Shown here: positions 1 to 11,683 of the stretch, piece by piece
How positions within the stretch are numbered: the stretch's first letter is position 1
Layout: each line of letters opens with the position of its first letter
Assembly (NCBI GenBank): GCA_051942205.1
Contig: JAVECO010000051.1
Coordinates: forward strand, 62,001 to 126,000
Length of the DNA: 64,000 bases
Source of the DNA: Coniocarpon cinnabarinum
Taxonomy: Eukaryota
Reading direction: 5' to 3'
Position numbers and translations under genes: made by a program
The notes under the pieces: model-generated
Databases searched by the model: none
What the model saw: only the letters and a program-made list of their open reading frames with translations
What the model was told of the DNA's origin: nothing

Positions 1-1217
1 TCCAGTGTCACGACATGATTGACACATCGCCTGGTCTGGAGCTGCAGGATCCTTTCGCCGAGCCAAGTTCACACATCGTCGACATTGCAATACGAACTCA
101 TCATCGTCCACCTTGGTGACGAGATGCTCACGATTTGTCCGGTGGCCGAGACACGGCTTGTGATAGGCCAGCGAGCAGCCTTGACAATACACGAGCGGAC
201 CTTGAGCCCCGGCGCGATTGCCACAGGTATCACATTGTTGCATGTGCCGCCTGGCGAACGGATGTGTCCGAGACATGTCCTGAAACTTCTCGCGCGTCAC
301 GGTGATTTTGGGTGCTGCTGGTCGACGATCGTCTTCAGAATCCGAGCGGAAGATATCATTGACATCTGCTTCTTGCATATTCCCGCGTGCACGTGTTGCG
401 CGATCAGATGCTCGGATACCGGATTTGCGTGCCTTCTCGAATCTGATGCCATTGACGCTGCTGGATGGACGGCCAGACTGTCTCACGACACTTCGCATAC
501 TCTCGCGCTTCCGCTTCTTGGGCAAAACGTCTGATGTCAGCAAGTCAATGTCGTCGGCTTCATCTGATTCTTCCGACTCTTCCATCTCGAATGCTTCTTG
601 CTCTCTTGCTCGCTTTTTGAGCTCCTTCTGCCTCCGCGAAGCACGGCGTCCACTCTCTTCTTCATCGTCTGATTCTGTGGATGACGCTTTGAGCTCATAG
701 AAGCCTCTGCGGCCTCCGCTTGATCTCAAACTTCTGCTCGATGTATTGACCGCTTTGCGCTTTCGAGTCGGACGAGTAGATGAAGTTCGGGATGATGGGG
801 CGGCAAGTTCGTCGTCCGAGGATATGAGTGACAGGTTGTTGGATTGTCTTCGAGAACCACTTCGGGCAGGTCGTCGTCTGAGAGGAGGGGCATCGTCTGA
901 ACTGATTTCCTCGATTTCTTCTTCTTCTGGATTTTCGTAGGCATGAAGAGCTTCTGGGCCACCTTCAAGCTCGAGGATCGTTTGGAAGTCGAGCTATACG
1001 ATTGTCAGCAGGATATCGCACATATTCTTGTCAGCAAGCTTACAATATCCTGATGATCGTCGTCGAAGCGAATCTGGCATTGCAACTGCCCGCTTCCATG
1101 GTCGATCTCTTGCACAACTTTGTTGACCACCGTGCTCAGGGGTACATATTCATAATCATTCTCATTCGGAGGTGGAGGAACGAAGACGCCTTGGAATGCG
1201 CCATCCTCATCCGCCAT
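1..1217 (-). CDS. 5' portion of a PHD-finger chromatin remodeller, Mit1/CHD-like; runs off the window start
   Basis: ATG at 1217, exon 1 1044-1217, intron 994-1043 (GTAAGC..CTGAC..TAG, phase 0). Exon 2 is open to position 1: acidic/basic low-complexity region, then CDTC..CQGCSLAYHKPC..HLVTKVDDDEFVLQCRRC..CQSC, resembling the PHD-like domain at the N-terminus of fungal Mit1-type SNF2 proteins. No helicase domain is visible in the window. Confidence 0.7.
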
Positions 1218-1483
1218 TGCAACACATGGAATATGAGGGAGAGGGTGGTGTCAGGAACAAGTCTAGTCGAGGGACAGAGATTTAAATAACTTCAGACAGC
1301 TCTCATACTGACAGAGCAACTCTTACATGTGAAGCAGAGCTAATGCACGTGTGTAACTAAAGAAAACTATGCAGGTGAAGCAAATAATCACGTCGCGTCC
1401 TCGCGTTAAGCATGGATGACGGAGTTAATTCCGCCGATGTTGCTTCATCTTGAATTTCAATCTGAGTGTCACTGTGCCATCTC

Positions 1484-2992
1484 ATGTTTATCTTGGAATC
1501 TGTTTACAGACCGCTATGTGCAAGCAGACCATCCCTCATCGCTCTTTCATATAGCCAAGTACGCTATGCGACAATCAATGCGGGCGTCGCACGAGGCCTA
1601 CGCGCTTCTGGCGTGGAACCTGCTTCGAGATCTAAGGTGAAGGGACGGAAGAAACCTCGACGAGGTCCAAATACTGGCGCCCTGGGCCAGTTCAGAAACC
1701 CGTCGAGGAGCTTACCGGCTCCAGATCGTCGCAGAAGAGCGGACGATGGATCCACTTCGCGATCAACGTCTTTTCGAGACGGGCCCCCATCTGCAGATTC
1801 TCGCGGTAGAAATACTCGGACGTCAACCTGGGACGATTCGCGACGGCGAGCTAGCCCAGAGAGATTGCAAGCTGCAAGAAATGGTTTAAGGGACAGACGA
1901 AACACCGATCGACCGTCACCTGCGCAACGATTTTCACAATCCGAACGTCCACGGCGACAATCCTCACATCGCCAGACAGACTACGACGACCCTCAATCCA
2001 ACCGTCGCTCCCAGAATTCGTCCACTCGCTCTTCTCACCCCTTCCCAGTTCCTTACACGACCGCGACCTCCGTCTTTGTCCCCGGCCGCCGCGCCACCGA
2101 AGCCATCCTCAGCGCTCATCGCCGCCAAAGCCACACACTGTACATTTCCTCCTCCTCGCGGAGTGCAACCTCCGTTCGGCAGTTGGAAAGTCTTTCTCAA
2201 AAACGCAAATGTCCCGTCAAAGTCGTGGAACAAAGCTATATCGACCAGATCCTGAATACGCTCAAGATGGGCGGAGTTGTCAATGACGGTGTATTACTCG
2301 AATGTTCAGAATTGTCGTATTTGATCACGAATTCGTTGGGTCGCTGGGATGCTGAGCGCCGATTATTAAATGTCAGAAGCGCGAATGGTTACGACGAGAA
2401 GATCGAGACGGATGCCAGTGGAGCTCAATGGCGACCTCCTTTGCTCCTGTGGCTCCACGAAGTGGTGAATACAAGCAACATCGCCGCCCTGTACCGCAGC
2501 GCCATCTACTTCGGCGTCGATGCCGTCATCCTAACCGAACGCGGCACCGGCCGCATTCAACCCTCCTCCTTGCGCGCCTCAGCGGGCGCCGTCGAATTCC
2601 TTCCAACCCTCACAGTCGCCGATCCCAAACTCTTCATCCAACACAGCAAAAAAGCAGGATGGCGCTTCCTGGGTGCAATGCCGCCAGCCAAAAAGGGCGA
2701 TAGTGCCAAGGTGGATGTCATGAATAGCGATGCGACCTCAATGGCGGGCGAGGGGGCAAAGCCGAGCGTACTTGTTTTAGGCAATGAGGACCAGGGACTT
2801 AGCACGGAGATCAGAGAGCGCTGCGATGTCGCTGTTACGGTTGCGGCGGCGGGGGAGCGAGCGGCGAGGGCAGGTGTGGATAGTTTGAACGTGGGTGTTG
2901 CGGGGTCTTTACTATTTTCGAGGTTGTTGCAGAGGCCGAGGAGTAAAAAGGTGAGGTTGAGTGAGGAAGCGGTGAAGGAGAGGATCTTTTGA
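1484..2992 (+). CDS. MRM1: Mitochondrial rRNA 2'-O-methyltransferase (SpoU/SPOUT family)
   Basis: Intronless ORF with first ATG at 1484; Arg/Ser-rich presequence-like N-terminus; SpoU motifs NIAALYRSAIYFGVD, RASAGAVE, VLVLGNEDQGL, VDSLNVGVAG. Confidence 0.85.
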   Translation: MFILESVYRPLCASRPSLIALSYSQVRYATINAGVARGLRASGVEPASRSKVKGRKKPRRGPNTGALGQFRNPSRSLPAPDRRRRADDGSTSRSTSFRDGPPSADSRGRNTRTSTWDDSRRRASPERLQAARNGLRDRRNTDRPSPAQRFSQSERPRRQSSHRQTDYDDPQSNRRSQNSSTRSSHPFPVPYTTATSVFVPGRRATEAILSAHRRQSHTLYISSSSRSATSVRQLESLSQKRKCPVKVVEQSYIDQILNTLKMGGVVNDGVLLECSELSYLITNSLGRWDAERRLLNVRSANGYDEKIETDASGAQWRPPLLLWLHEVVNTSNIAALYRSAIYFGVDAVILTERGTGRIQPSSLRASAGAVEFLPTLTVADPKLFIQHSKKAGWRFLGAMPPAKKGDSAKVDVMNSDATSMAGEGAKPSVLVLGNEDQGLSTEIRERCDVAVTVAAAGERAARAGVDSLNVGVAGSLLFSRLLQRPRSKKVRLSEEAVKERIF

Positions 2993-3154
2993 GTCCTACA
3001 TATGTATGTATGGAGACGAGTGTGTACGACTATGATGGTGCGGACCGTCGCTTCAGCGTTGGCTAATTATGGAATTCTGTCTTTGTTTACTTCTAATATC
3101 GATTTGAGTGTCCTAACACATGGACTGAGCACCATCCTACGCTCCCTCAAAGCA

Positions 3155-4951
3155 TCACTGCGGCATCGCACACCCATCCCCTCTCAAATCACTCCCCGCG
3201 CTCCAAATCCTCGTCCCCTCATCCCAACTCTGTCTAATAATCTGACCTCGTCCAAACTTATCCCGTGCAAACCCGCTGACTTTCTGCACATTATGGCCCT
3301 TCTCCCTCAAGCTCTTAATAACCTCCTCAGTAACCTCATCCTCAATATATACAACATCCGTCGCCGTACTACTACTCCCCTTCTGCGGCGTCTCGACACA
3401 TATCCGCGGCGCGTCCAGAGCCTGCTGCGGATCCATGCCAAACACCAACATATTGAGCAATGTCTGCACGTGGCCCTGCGGCTGCATGAATCCGCCCATG
3501 ACGCCGTAACACGCCAACAGCTCCTGCGTCTCCGCGTACGTCACCATCGCGGGGATGATCGTATGATAAGGCCGCTTGCCGGGCGCATAGACATTCGGGT
3601 GGTTCGCCGGGCCGGTCACGAAGTTGTGGCCGCGGTTCTGCAACGTGAAGCCGCAGCCGGGCGGGACGATGGCGGTGCCGAAACCGGCGTAGTTGCTGTT
3701 GATGAAGGAGCAGGCGTTGCCGTCGGCGTCGGTGACGGAGAAGTACACGGTATCTGAGCTTTGCTGTGCGGGGGAGGGCCCGACGTCGCCGTGTTCGAGA
3801 TTGGCGATGCAGCGGTCTTGTGAGAAAGCTGAGGCGCGTTGCGCGAGATATTCCGGAGAGGTGAGCGTGGTGAGGGGTGAGGGGTTTTGTGCGGGGTCGG
3901 CTATGTACCACGTCCCGTCGCTGAAGGCGAGGCGGAGGGACTCGACGAGAGCGTGGATGTATTCGGTGCTGTTGTGGTGTTTTGGCTCGAACTTGGGGAT
4001 CTTGCAGGCTTTTTCGAGTTCCTGCAGGATTCCTAGCGCCATGAGAGCAACCAGGCCTTGGCCATTGGGTGGATGTTCCCAGAGCTCCACAGGGTGCTGG
4101 ATACCTTGACCTGAAAACTTCAAGGAGAGGGCGTCGACTTCTTCGCTCCCCTTGACGGCGTGATAGAGCAGGTCATCGTGCGTCATGTGTCCGCCAAGAT
4201 GCTGCACGACCTTCACGAGCGCATCCGCCGTCTTGCCCGAATAGAAGCCCGGTTTGCCCTGCTCTGCCAGCCGCCGAAACACACCCGCCAAGTTGCGATT
4301 GAAGAAGAGCTCGCCCGGTCGCGGTGCCCGGCAACCCCCCGGTGCCTTGAGGTCCGGCTTCAGCATCTCATGTGCATTAGGCGACGCACCTTTGATCAGT
4401 TCTTCCGACTCCTGCCATCCATGGCTACTGAGACTGTGCACCGCGAAGCCCCTCTCACCCAAGTATATAGCCGGCGCCAGAATCTCCCCCATACTAAGGT
4501 TGCCAGATCCAAACTTTTCAATCGTGTCAACCCAGCCAGCCGCCGCACCCGGCACAGTGACAGATTGCGCGCCGCGCTTCGGCAAGCTGCCATCTTCGCC
4601 ATCCGGTATCTTCAGTTCTTTCCTCAGCTCCGCGAGTGTAAAGTTGAGCGGTGACCGTCCCGAGCCATTAAGCGCATGTGTTTTGCGCGTGCGGCTGTTG
4701 TAGAAGAGACAGAAGCAGTCACCGCCGATGCCGGTGGAGCCGGGTTCCGTCATATTCAGCGCTGCGGCCGTCGCGACTGCTGCGTCGGCTGCATTGCCGC
4801 CTTTGTCGAGGATGCGCACGCCAGCTCGGGCGGCGAGGGGTTGAGATGCGGAGACGATGCCGCGGGTGCTGTGGACGACGCTGCGTCGGCTGGCGAAGCG
4901 AACATATTCATTGCTTGCTTCTGGGTAGACGTCTTGAGGTGTTGCGGACAT
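3155..4951 (-). CDS. Gamma-glutamyltranspeptidase family Ntn-hydrolase (YwrD-like, no membrane anchor)
   Basis: 598-aa intronless [33 protein letters not shown], autocleavage Thr in SDTVYFSV, GKRPYHTIIP, GVMGGFMQPQGH, terminal SDLRGDG. Confidence 0.93.
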   Translation of the reverse strand: MSATPQDVYPEASNEYVRFASRRSVVHSTRGIVSASQPLAARAGVRILDKGGNAADAAVATAAALNMTEPGSTGIGGDCFCLFYNSRTRKTHALNGSGRSPLNFTLAELRKELKIPDGEDGSLPKRGAQSVTVPGAAAGWVDTIEKFGSGNLSMGEILAPAIYLGERGFAVHSLSSHGWQESEELIKGASPNAHEMLKPDLKAPGGCRAPRPGELFFNRNLAGVFRRLAEQGKPGFYSGKTADALVKVVQHLGGHMTHDDLLYHAVKGSEEVDALSLKFSGQGIQHPVELWEHPPNGQGLVALMALGILQELEKACKIPKFEPKHHNSTEYIHALVESLRLAFSDGTWYIADPAQNPSPLTTLTSPEYLAQRASAFSQDRCIANLEHGDVGPSPAQQSSDTVYFSVTDADGNACSFINSNYAGFGTAIVPPGCGFTLQNRGHNFVTGPANHPNVYAPGKRPYHTIIPAMVTYAETQELLACYGVMGGFMQPQGHVQTLLNMLVFGMDPQQALDAPRICVETPQKGSSSTATDVVYIEDEVTEEVIKSLREKGHNVQKVSGFARDKFGRGQIIRQSWDEGTRIWSAGSDLRGDGCAMPQ

Positions 4952-5671
4952 CTTGCGAGAGCCTCTTGAGGCTTACAAGGCGCGAAGCAAGATCACTACT
5001 GTGGACTCCGCTTACAGAACGCAAGGGCGATGCGGTGATACAGATTGCTGTGCTTACATTTGCGCTACGAAGCAGTAGCAACCTTATCCTTCCATTCACT
5101 ACAGAAATGAGAGAAACACAGGATGAAGAAGAACCGAGTTTGATGACATTTTCCAATGGCTAGCTCGAGCACCTGCCTTTTTACAGCAGCCGAGGGGTAC
5201 TCCGCTCGGCGTTCTCTTTCGCTTACTTCTGTGTCGCCGGACGACGGCTCGGCTTCGGCCATGGCAGATGAGGGTCGTACATAGCTGCTCGACCATAGCA
5301 GCAGTATATACTTACAGAAACTTTCCGCTGCACTGCTATGGTTAATAGAGGTGAGGAGAGGAGGAGATGGCTGGACAAGGGGTCACAGTAAGCTTGTGAG
5401 CTTAGTCAGCAAACCTCGGCTCGCCGTCGCTGCTGCTTCACCTGCTGATGAGCTGCGCCGAGTCTCACAAGCTAGGCTGTGCTTTGATAACCGTAGCAAC
5501 GCGTTCAGTCTGGTGAGGAATTACATTCAAAATCCCTGTTGGACCTGAGAGACTGCATAAATTTCTTCGTTTCAAGTCGTCGACTGCGCCCGAAGCGACA
5601 TCTTTGTCATCCCATTTGTTCTTCACTTGGACTCTTAGCTATCGTATGGTTGCGTTAGTAAAGCGTCGGTC

Positions 5672-6739
5672 ATGTCGAACGACCCCGATACCCCTGCCAT
5701 CCATCTCGAATACTTCAAGGTCACTTATCCGGTAGAATGGGTGGCGTTGGTAGAAATCAATAGGCCCGAAAAGATGAATGCGTTTTGTGAGCCGTAAGTT
5801 GGTGACATTTCTATTTCAATCTGGGACGAGTTGGGAAAACCTAGGCTTTGAGATCTCGATTTGGCATCATTCCCGGTCAGCACTTTGTTTTCTGATGGCT
5901 TCAGGATGTGGGGAAACCTCGCCCAAATCTTCACTACGCTCTCCACTGCGGCTGGCGTCCGTGCTATCGTCCTGACAGGAGCAGGTGATAGAGGCTTCAC
6001 AGGTGAGCTCTAACAGTCCCCAGCCCCGCAGTCTCCTGCTCTGATCAGTGTTCGATGCCACTTTTTCGTATGGAAAGAACTCAAGCTCCGAGCACACTGA
6101 CATTTCCAAGCCGGCCTCGACGTCTCCCAACCCCTTCTCGCGACTTCTACTCCAACCGACCCCTCAAGACGCGCCCACCACTTGAGGAACCACATCCTCC
6201 GGCTGCAAAGCAGCATCAACAGCCTCGCCAAAAGCAGCAAACCCATCATCTGCGCCTGGCACGGCTACTCTTACGGCGCCGCCATCGATATCGGCACAGC
6301 CTGCGACGTGCGTCTATGCGCCTCCAACGTCAAACTCTCCGTCCGTGAAGTAGCAATCGGCATTCCCGCAGATATAGGCACGTTGAGTCGACTACCCAAG
6401 GTTGTGGGCAATGGGAGTTGGGTTAAGGAAGTGTGTCTCACGGGGAGGGAGTTTAACGCGGCGGAGGCGGAAAAAGTGGGACTGGTGAGTTCTGCGGTGC
6501 AGGGTGGACGAGGGGAAGTAGTGGGACGGGCAATGGAGTTGGCGAGGGAAATGAGCGCAATGAGCCCTGTGGCGGTGCAGGGGACAAAGCGAGTTCTGGA
6601 TTATGGATGGGATCGGTCGATCGATGAGGGGTTGGAGTATGTGAGTGTGTGGAACAGCGCCGTGTTGCAAGGAGATGATTTTCCAAAGGCAGCGCAAGCA
6701 GCGCTCAGGAAAGAGAAGGTACGGTTTGAAAAGCTTTGA
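5672..6739 (+). CDS. Delta3,5-delta2,4-dienoyl-CoA isomerase (crotonase superfamily, ECH1-like)
   Basis: ATG 5672, three exons (introns ~5794-5904 and ~6003-6110). EINRPEKMNAF, FTAGLD, KPIICAWHGYSYGAAIDI, EVAIGIPADIGTLSRLPKVVG, SPVAVQGTK; ends FEKL. Confidence 0.88.
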
Positions 6740-7073
6740 GTTGTGTTTCAGCAAGGATGGCGGGGATTCGCATTGAAACGAAGACGTCACATACTTACGG
6801 AAACAGCAAAACGTATCGGTGTCTTGAATGTTTGATTATACATTCCCTGGCCGCCTTGGCAGGAAAACTTGAGAGTCCTGCATATGATCAATTGATCTGG
6901 TGGCATCGCATATATAAGACCTACGCAGGGAATTGGCAGAAATGCCAACTTCCTGGGCGCAATGGGAACGCACCAGGTACCGCGTGCGGCGGCACATAAC
7001 CACTCGCTGCGAGCGCACGCTTTTTTTCTAGGAGAGTCTTTCACGTCGACACGCCGAAGTCATGTTCACGTCC

Positions 7074-8360
7074 TTACATTGCACGCGCCATGACGCTCCA
7101 CACGCGGATGATGTTGTCCGTGTAGCCCGCAAATAAGTTCTGGCCATCCGCACTCCAGCACAAGCTGATAGGCTCAGGCTCCCTGCTCTTCTTGCCAATT
7201 ACGCGCTCATTCATCTCAGGCTTTAGCTCATCTACCTTGCTCTTCTTCTCGAGATCAAAGATGATGATGCTAGTCGCAGTTGCGGCGCAGAGCCAGTATC
7301 GGTTGGGTGAGAAGACGAGAGCGTGGATCTCGTCACCGGCGGACAGAGAGTAAAGGTGTTTTGACTCGTTCAAGTCCCACAACATGGTTGTGCCATCTTT
7401 GCCGCCAGAAGCGCAAAGGGAACCATCTGGAGAGATGGTGACGGTGTTGATGTAGCCGGTGTGGCCAATGTGATCCGTTTGGATGCGGCAGGTAGCGAGT
7501 TCCCAGACCTATCGAAATACCATCAGCTCCAGGGTCTCATTTACAATCAGGAGCCACACGTAGGTAGATCGGATTCAGTGCGCCGGTGAATGCTTGTCTC
7601 ATTGCCCAGAGGCTCCGAAGTAGCAAATACTCATAAGTTTTATCACAGATCATCATGTAGAGTTCGAGATAGGACCAAAACGCCATGTTCCAAAGTCTTT
7701 TCACTGGACTCACCTTGACGTATTTGTCCCATCCAGCGCTAACGATCACCGGGTTTTGAGGATTTGGGCTGAAGCGCACGCAGCTCACCCACTCCGTGTG
7801 CCCCTTGTCGGTGATAGTATACTTGCAATCACCCAGGGTGTTCCAAAGCTTGATGCTTCGATCTCGCGAGCCTGAAACGATTTGTCGGTTGTCGGCAGAA
7901 AAGGAGACGGAGAGGACGTCGTTTTGGTGACCGACGAAGCGCCGAGTAGTGACACCCGTGGAGAGTTCCCAGAGTCGAAGAGTCTTGTCCCACGAAGAAG
8001 AAAGGGCGTAGGCACCGTCGGAGGAGATGACCTAAAGATCGGGTTGTCAGCATCTAGACTTTGCTTCACAAACATTTGTGCAACGCATCACTCACGCAGT
8101 CAGAGACAATGTGTGAGTGGCCATGTAAACTCCGGCGCGGATATCCGTAGTTGCCTCCTTCTTCGCGTGTTAAATTCCATATGAGTAATGTCTTGTCCCT
8201 ACTGCCGGAAAGCAGCATGTTGGGGCTGTCCCTCACGTTAGCGATTCACAGCGCATTGCTCCGTACACTGTTGTACGCACTTCTCCATTGAAGTTGCGAG
8301 TGAGGTGACCCAGCCATTGTGGCCGACGAGCTCTCCGCGCAACTGAAGCTGCTCCCCCAT
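7074..8360 (-). CDS. cpc-2: RACK1 / G-protein beta-like WD40 ribosomal protein (Asc1/Cpc-2)
   Basis: [27 protein letters not shown] start; [56 protein letters not shown]. Three introns, the third (7509-7713) unusually long. Confidence 0.97.
7542..7660 (-). ncRNA. U24: Intronic box C/D snoRNA, U24/snR24 family
   Basis: Inside RACK1 intron 7509-7713. Minus strand: C box ATGATGA (7650-7656), guide TGAGTATTTGCTACT (7619-7633) complementary to the LSU rRNA segment AGUAGCAAAUAYUCA, D' CGGA, C'-like ATGAGA, D box CTGA (7547-7550 or 7575-7578), short TACA/TGTA terminal stem. The yeast ASC1 intron hosts U24 with the same TATTTGCTACT guide. Confidence 0.85.
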
Positions 8361-9275
8361 GGCGGACAGACTGTATTTGCCAGACGAGCTTTCTCAAGCA
8401 AAGCGATAGAATACGGTATTTGTTCACGTTGTTGGCTCGCCGAAAAGTTTCTACCTCAAAATTCAATACAGCTACTGTGGGCGCGACTTGATTATCGTAT
8501 ATGCCTGCATATGGATAAACTCTCCAGACACGATCTAATCTTATCTTATAGATCAAGGGCCAATCGTTACCCCACCTCGTATTTGTATTTGTATCAAGCC
8601 GTATTTTCAAGCAGCAACAAAGTCGCGAAGTTTGCCATGGATTCCGCCTGAATTCACGCCGCAATGCAGCCGACAATCATAGCAAAGTACGAACAGCCAT
8701 GACTTCTCTTCCCCGGACAGATCGCGAATCTCGTATAGTCCGCAGATGACAATCTGCCGTATGCAGGCGAAGACCAGCAGACGTCGAAGTCGAAAGTCTA
8801 GGCTCAGGTGACTGTGCAGACATGCTAGCGCCGCAATCTATGTCTCCTTAACCAGAAGGAATATTGACAAGAGGCGGGCGTGAAGCAATGAGAAATAGAG
8901 AGTTTCTCAGTTTGCAAGCCACCAAAGCCTCGAACCATGCCTTTGAGACCACAAATGCTCGAAGCACTAACTGTAGAAAGGATTGAACCGAGGTACCAAT
9001 GCGACTGCCAGCCCATCGCAAAGACGTTGCCCAACATAGCCTATCGCCACGCGCCAACGCACTATTTGTCAAATTGAAGTGACACTAACCAGAAAGCCGG
9101 CGAGCTTCTTCCGAGTGATCTTCATCATGACGTGGGTTACTCTGGTCTACCAATGGTTGTCGGCAAACATGGCGTCCCATATATAAAGATACCATCGTGT
9201 CTAGCAAGCTTCTTTTTGACCATCAAGTCACTCACACTAAACTCTTCACAGCGTCAGCACATACCTGACTCGAGA

Positions 9276-9805
9276 ATGCCTTCTGGAAGCTGCTTATGTG
9301 GCAATGCCACGATCAACTACCCTAGCGATCCTGCCATGACGGGTATGTGGCGAGTGAATACCGCTGCTAGCGTGAAAGCATGCTAATTGGGAGCCCTACA
9401 AGCGCTTTGCCATTGCGTCGACTGCAAGAAAATATCCGGGTCGAGCCACAGCGTTAATGCCGTCATCCCTGCGAGCGACTTCAAAGCAAATAATTTGAAG
9501 TCGTATGCCAAACAGGCGGACAGTGGAGTGACCATCACGAGCTATTTCTGTGGTGATTGCGGCAGCACGCTCTACCGCGAATCGCCGTCATTCGGCGACA
9601 GTAAGGTTGTGAAGGTTGGCGTGGTGTAAGTAACTTTCCCTTCTGGGTTGACGCATATAAAGGCAGCATGCTGATGTAACATTTGCGCAGTGATGGAAAG
9701 GCCGCCATGGAGCAAGCTAAGCCAGCAGCTGAGCTGTACGCACCACAGCGGCCATCTTGGCAGCCGCAGATTGGAGGTGCTGCGGACAAGGCTGGCATGT
9801 CCTAG
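9276..9805 (+). CDS. GFA/CENP-V (Mss4-like) zinc-binding protein
   Basis: Three exons; GSCLCG, ALCHCVDCKKISGS, SYFCGDCGSTLY, KPAAELY..RPSW motifs. Confidence 0.88.
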
Positions 9806-9901
9806 AGCAATACGTGATGATTCAAGCATCGCAGGAAACTTTGCGTTGCAAGACTCAGTTTGTCTTCGAATGTGAACCAATCCCATTATTATGGCCCGAT
9901 T

Positions 9902-10241
9902 TTAGTCAGAGTCGTTATCACCACCCGGCTTCTCGCCAATAGCCTGCGACTTCTCCAAGACCTACTCGCGTAAGCCTCATTAGACGGAAAAATTACTTCC
10001 GAGACCTACTTGATCGATCTTTACCTTAAGCTCCTCAAGCTTGCTCTCCTTGATCACAACCACTTCATCCCCTAAGTTCTCAATGATGAAGTCGTTACGT
10101 TCGCTGTCAATCTGTTCAATGATGGCCTTAATGGACGGATCGCATTCGACCAGGACGCCTAACAATGCCATCAGTACCCTTGCCGAAAGTCTCTGGGTGG
10201 CATTACTATTGGTCAAAAATACCTTTGATACCCTTGGGCAT
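9902..10241 (-). CDS. TFB5: TFIIH subunit Tfb5 (p8/TTDA)
   Basis: Three exons giving MPKGIKGVLVECDPSIKAIIEQIDSERNDFIIENLGDEVVVIKESKLEELKVKIDQVLEKSQ..; GVLVECDPSIK is the family signature. Confidence 0.9.
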
Positions 10242-10629
10242 CGCGTAGGCGAGATGGTGTTTATGTGATTGAAGTAATTTTAATAGCTCTCCAGACGTAA
10301 CGAAGTGTGAGAGCTGTGCTTAATATTGTTTGGCGTTAAATTTCGAAGTCCATAGTGAAGTCATCAGATCGCGATGGGTAGATTTAGTGATCACATGTCA
10401 GACGTAGGTTGTTTAAAGATACTTTTTGAGACCCCGAAGATCACGTGACGCAATACGCTATTATAACGAAGGCGGGCAGGGTCGCTGCGCTGCTCGAGGG
10501 ACAACCACCAGCCGTCCCGTGGCTTCCGACGACCCAGTGTATATAGGTTGACGATGAATCACTGAAGCGCGATAGATTGCTGCGGTGTCTCAAGCGAGGC
10601 CAAGGTTGCTTGCTTATCATTAGAGTATC

Positions 10630-11683
10630 ATGGTTCTCGCCGGTCGCTCTCCTGTGGGGCTCTGTGTTTGATTTTGAACTTGCCATACGCTCAATTTTTT
10701 GGCAGTAATTTCGATGTTCCTGAAAGACCTGCAATCTACGATTACGTGACCGTAGGAGGTGGTCAGGCTGGCCTTATTCTTATCAATCGTCTCTTCGAGG
10801 ACGGCGTCCACGCTGTGGCAACCGTTGAAGCAGGCAGCTTCTACGAAATCACGAACGGCACTCTCTTTCAGACTTCCGGCAATGCCACCACTTGGATTGA
10901 AAAGTCCCCCCAGGATACTAGAACTGGCACAGACTGGGCTGATACCACGACACCACAAGCTGGCACTTACAACGATGTCATTCACTGTGCTCGTGGAAAA
11001 ATGGTGAGATGCAGACTTCGCTGACGGACAAGTGAAGTGAAGCGCGCCTGCGCCAACCGCTTAGAACATCATAGCGTGCGTCTGCAGCACCAAAGACATG
11101 TATCAATGTTGGGCTGATCAAGTCGGTGACCAATCCTTTGCTTTCGATCATCAGTGTTCTCTGAACGCGGAGACTTTCACCCCTCCCGATCAGGCGAAGC
11201 GCAACGCCAATGAAACACCGGCCAATACCCCGGAGACGCTGGCGGGCCCATGGACGTGCCTTTTGCTGGCTAGGCCTATTCTATGGGCAGCCGGCTCCAG
11301 GAAGGATTGAACGCACTTGCCGTGGGCCCTCGGCGAGGTTTCATGTCCAGAGACTTGCTTGGTAGTAGCTATACCACGGCAACCATAAACCACAACAACG
11401 GAGAAAGAGCGAGCAGTGAAACTGCTTATCTGCGTCTTGCAGTGGCTCGTCGTAATCTCTCAATTTACGTGTCATGGTTAGTAAAAAACGTGACGTTTGA
11501 TAGGACCACTGCTACCGGCATCCCCGTGGATTCTGGAGATGCTACGTACGGTCTAACAGCGGAGAAGGAAGTTTATCCTTTCGGCTGGCAATTTTGCTTC
11601 GTCCCAGCTCCTCATGGTCTCCGGCGTTGGTCCAGCATCCGTTCTCGATGCTGTAGATATCCCTGTCACCGCTGATAGGGCCG
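10630..11683 (+). pseudogene. Decayed, truncated GMC oxidoreductase (AA3) gene
   Basis: Fragments in different frames: YDYVTVGGGQAGL..VEAGSFYE; HCARGK without the following LGGSSxxN; YQCWADQVGDQSF..FTPPD; RASSETAYL..AEKEV, then a frameshift to ILSAGNFASSQLLMVSGVGP..DIPVTADR. No C-terminal half follows. Confidence 0.85.

Noticed and set aside
3002..4969. Long + strand ORFs (up to 251 aa) overlapping the GGT gene
   Set aside because: Antisense shadows of a GC-rich, codon-biased CDS; no motifs.
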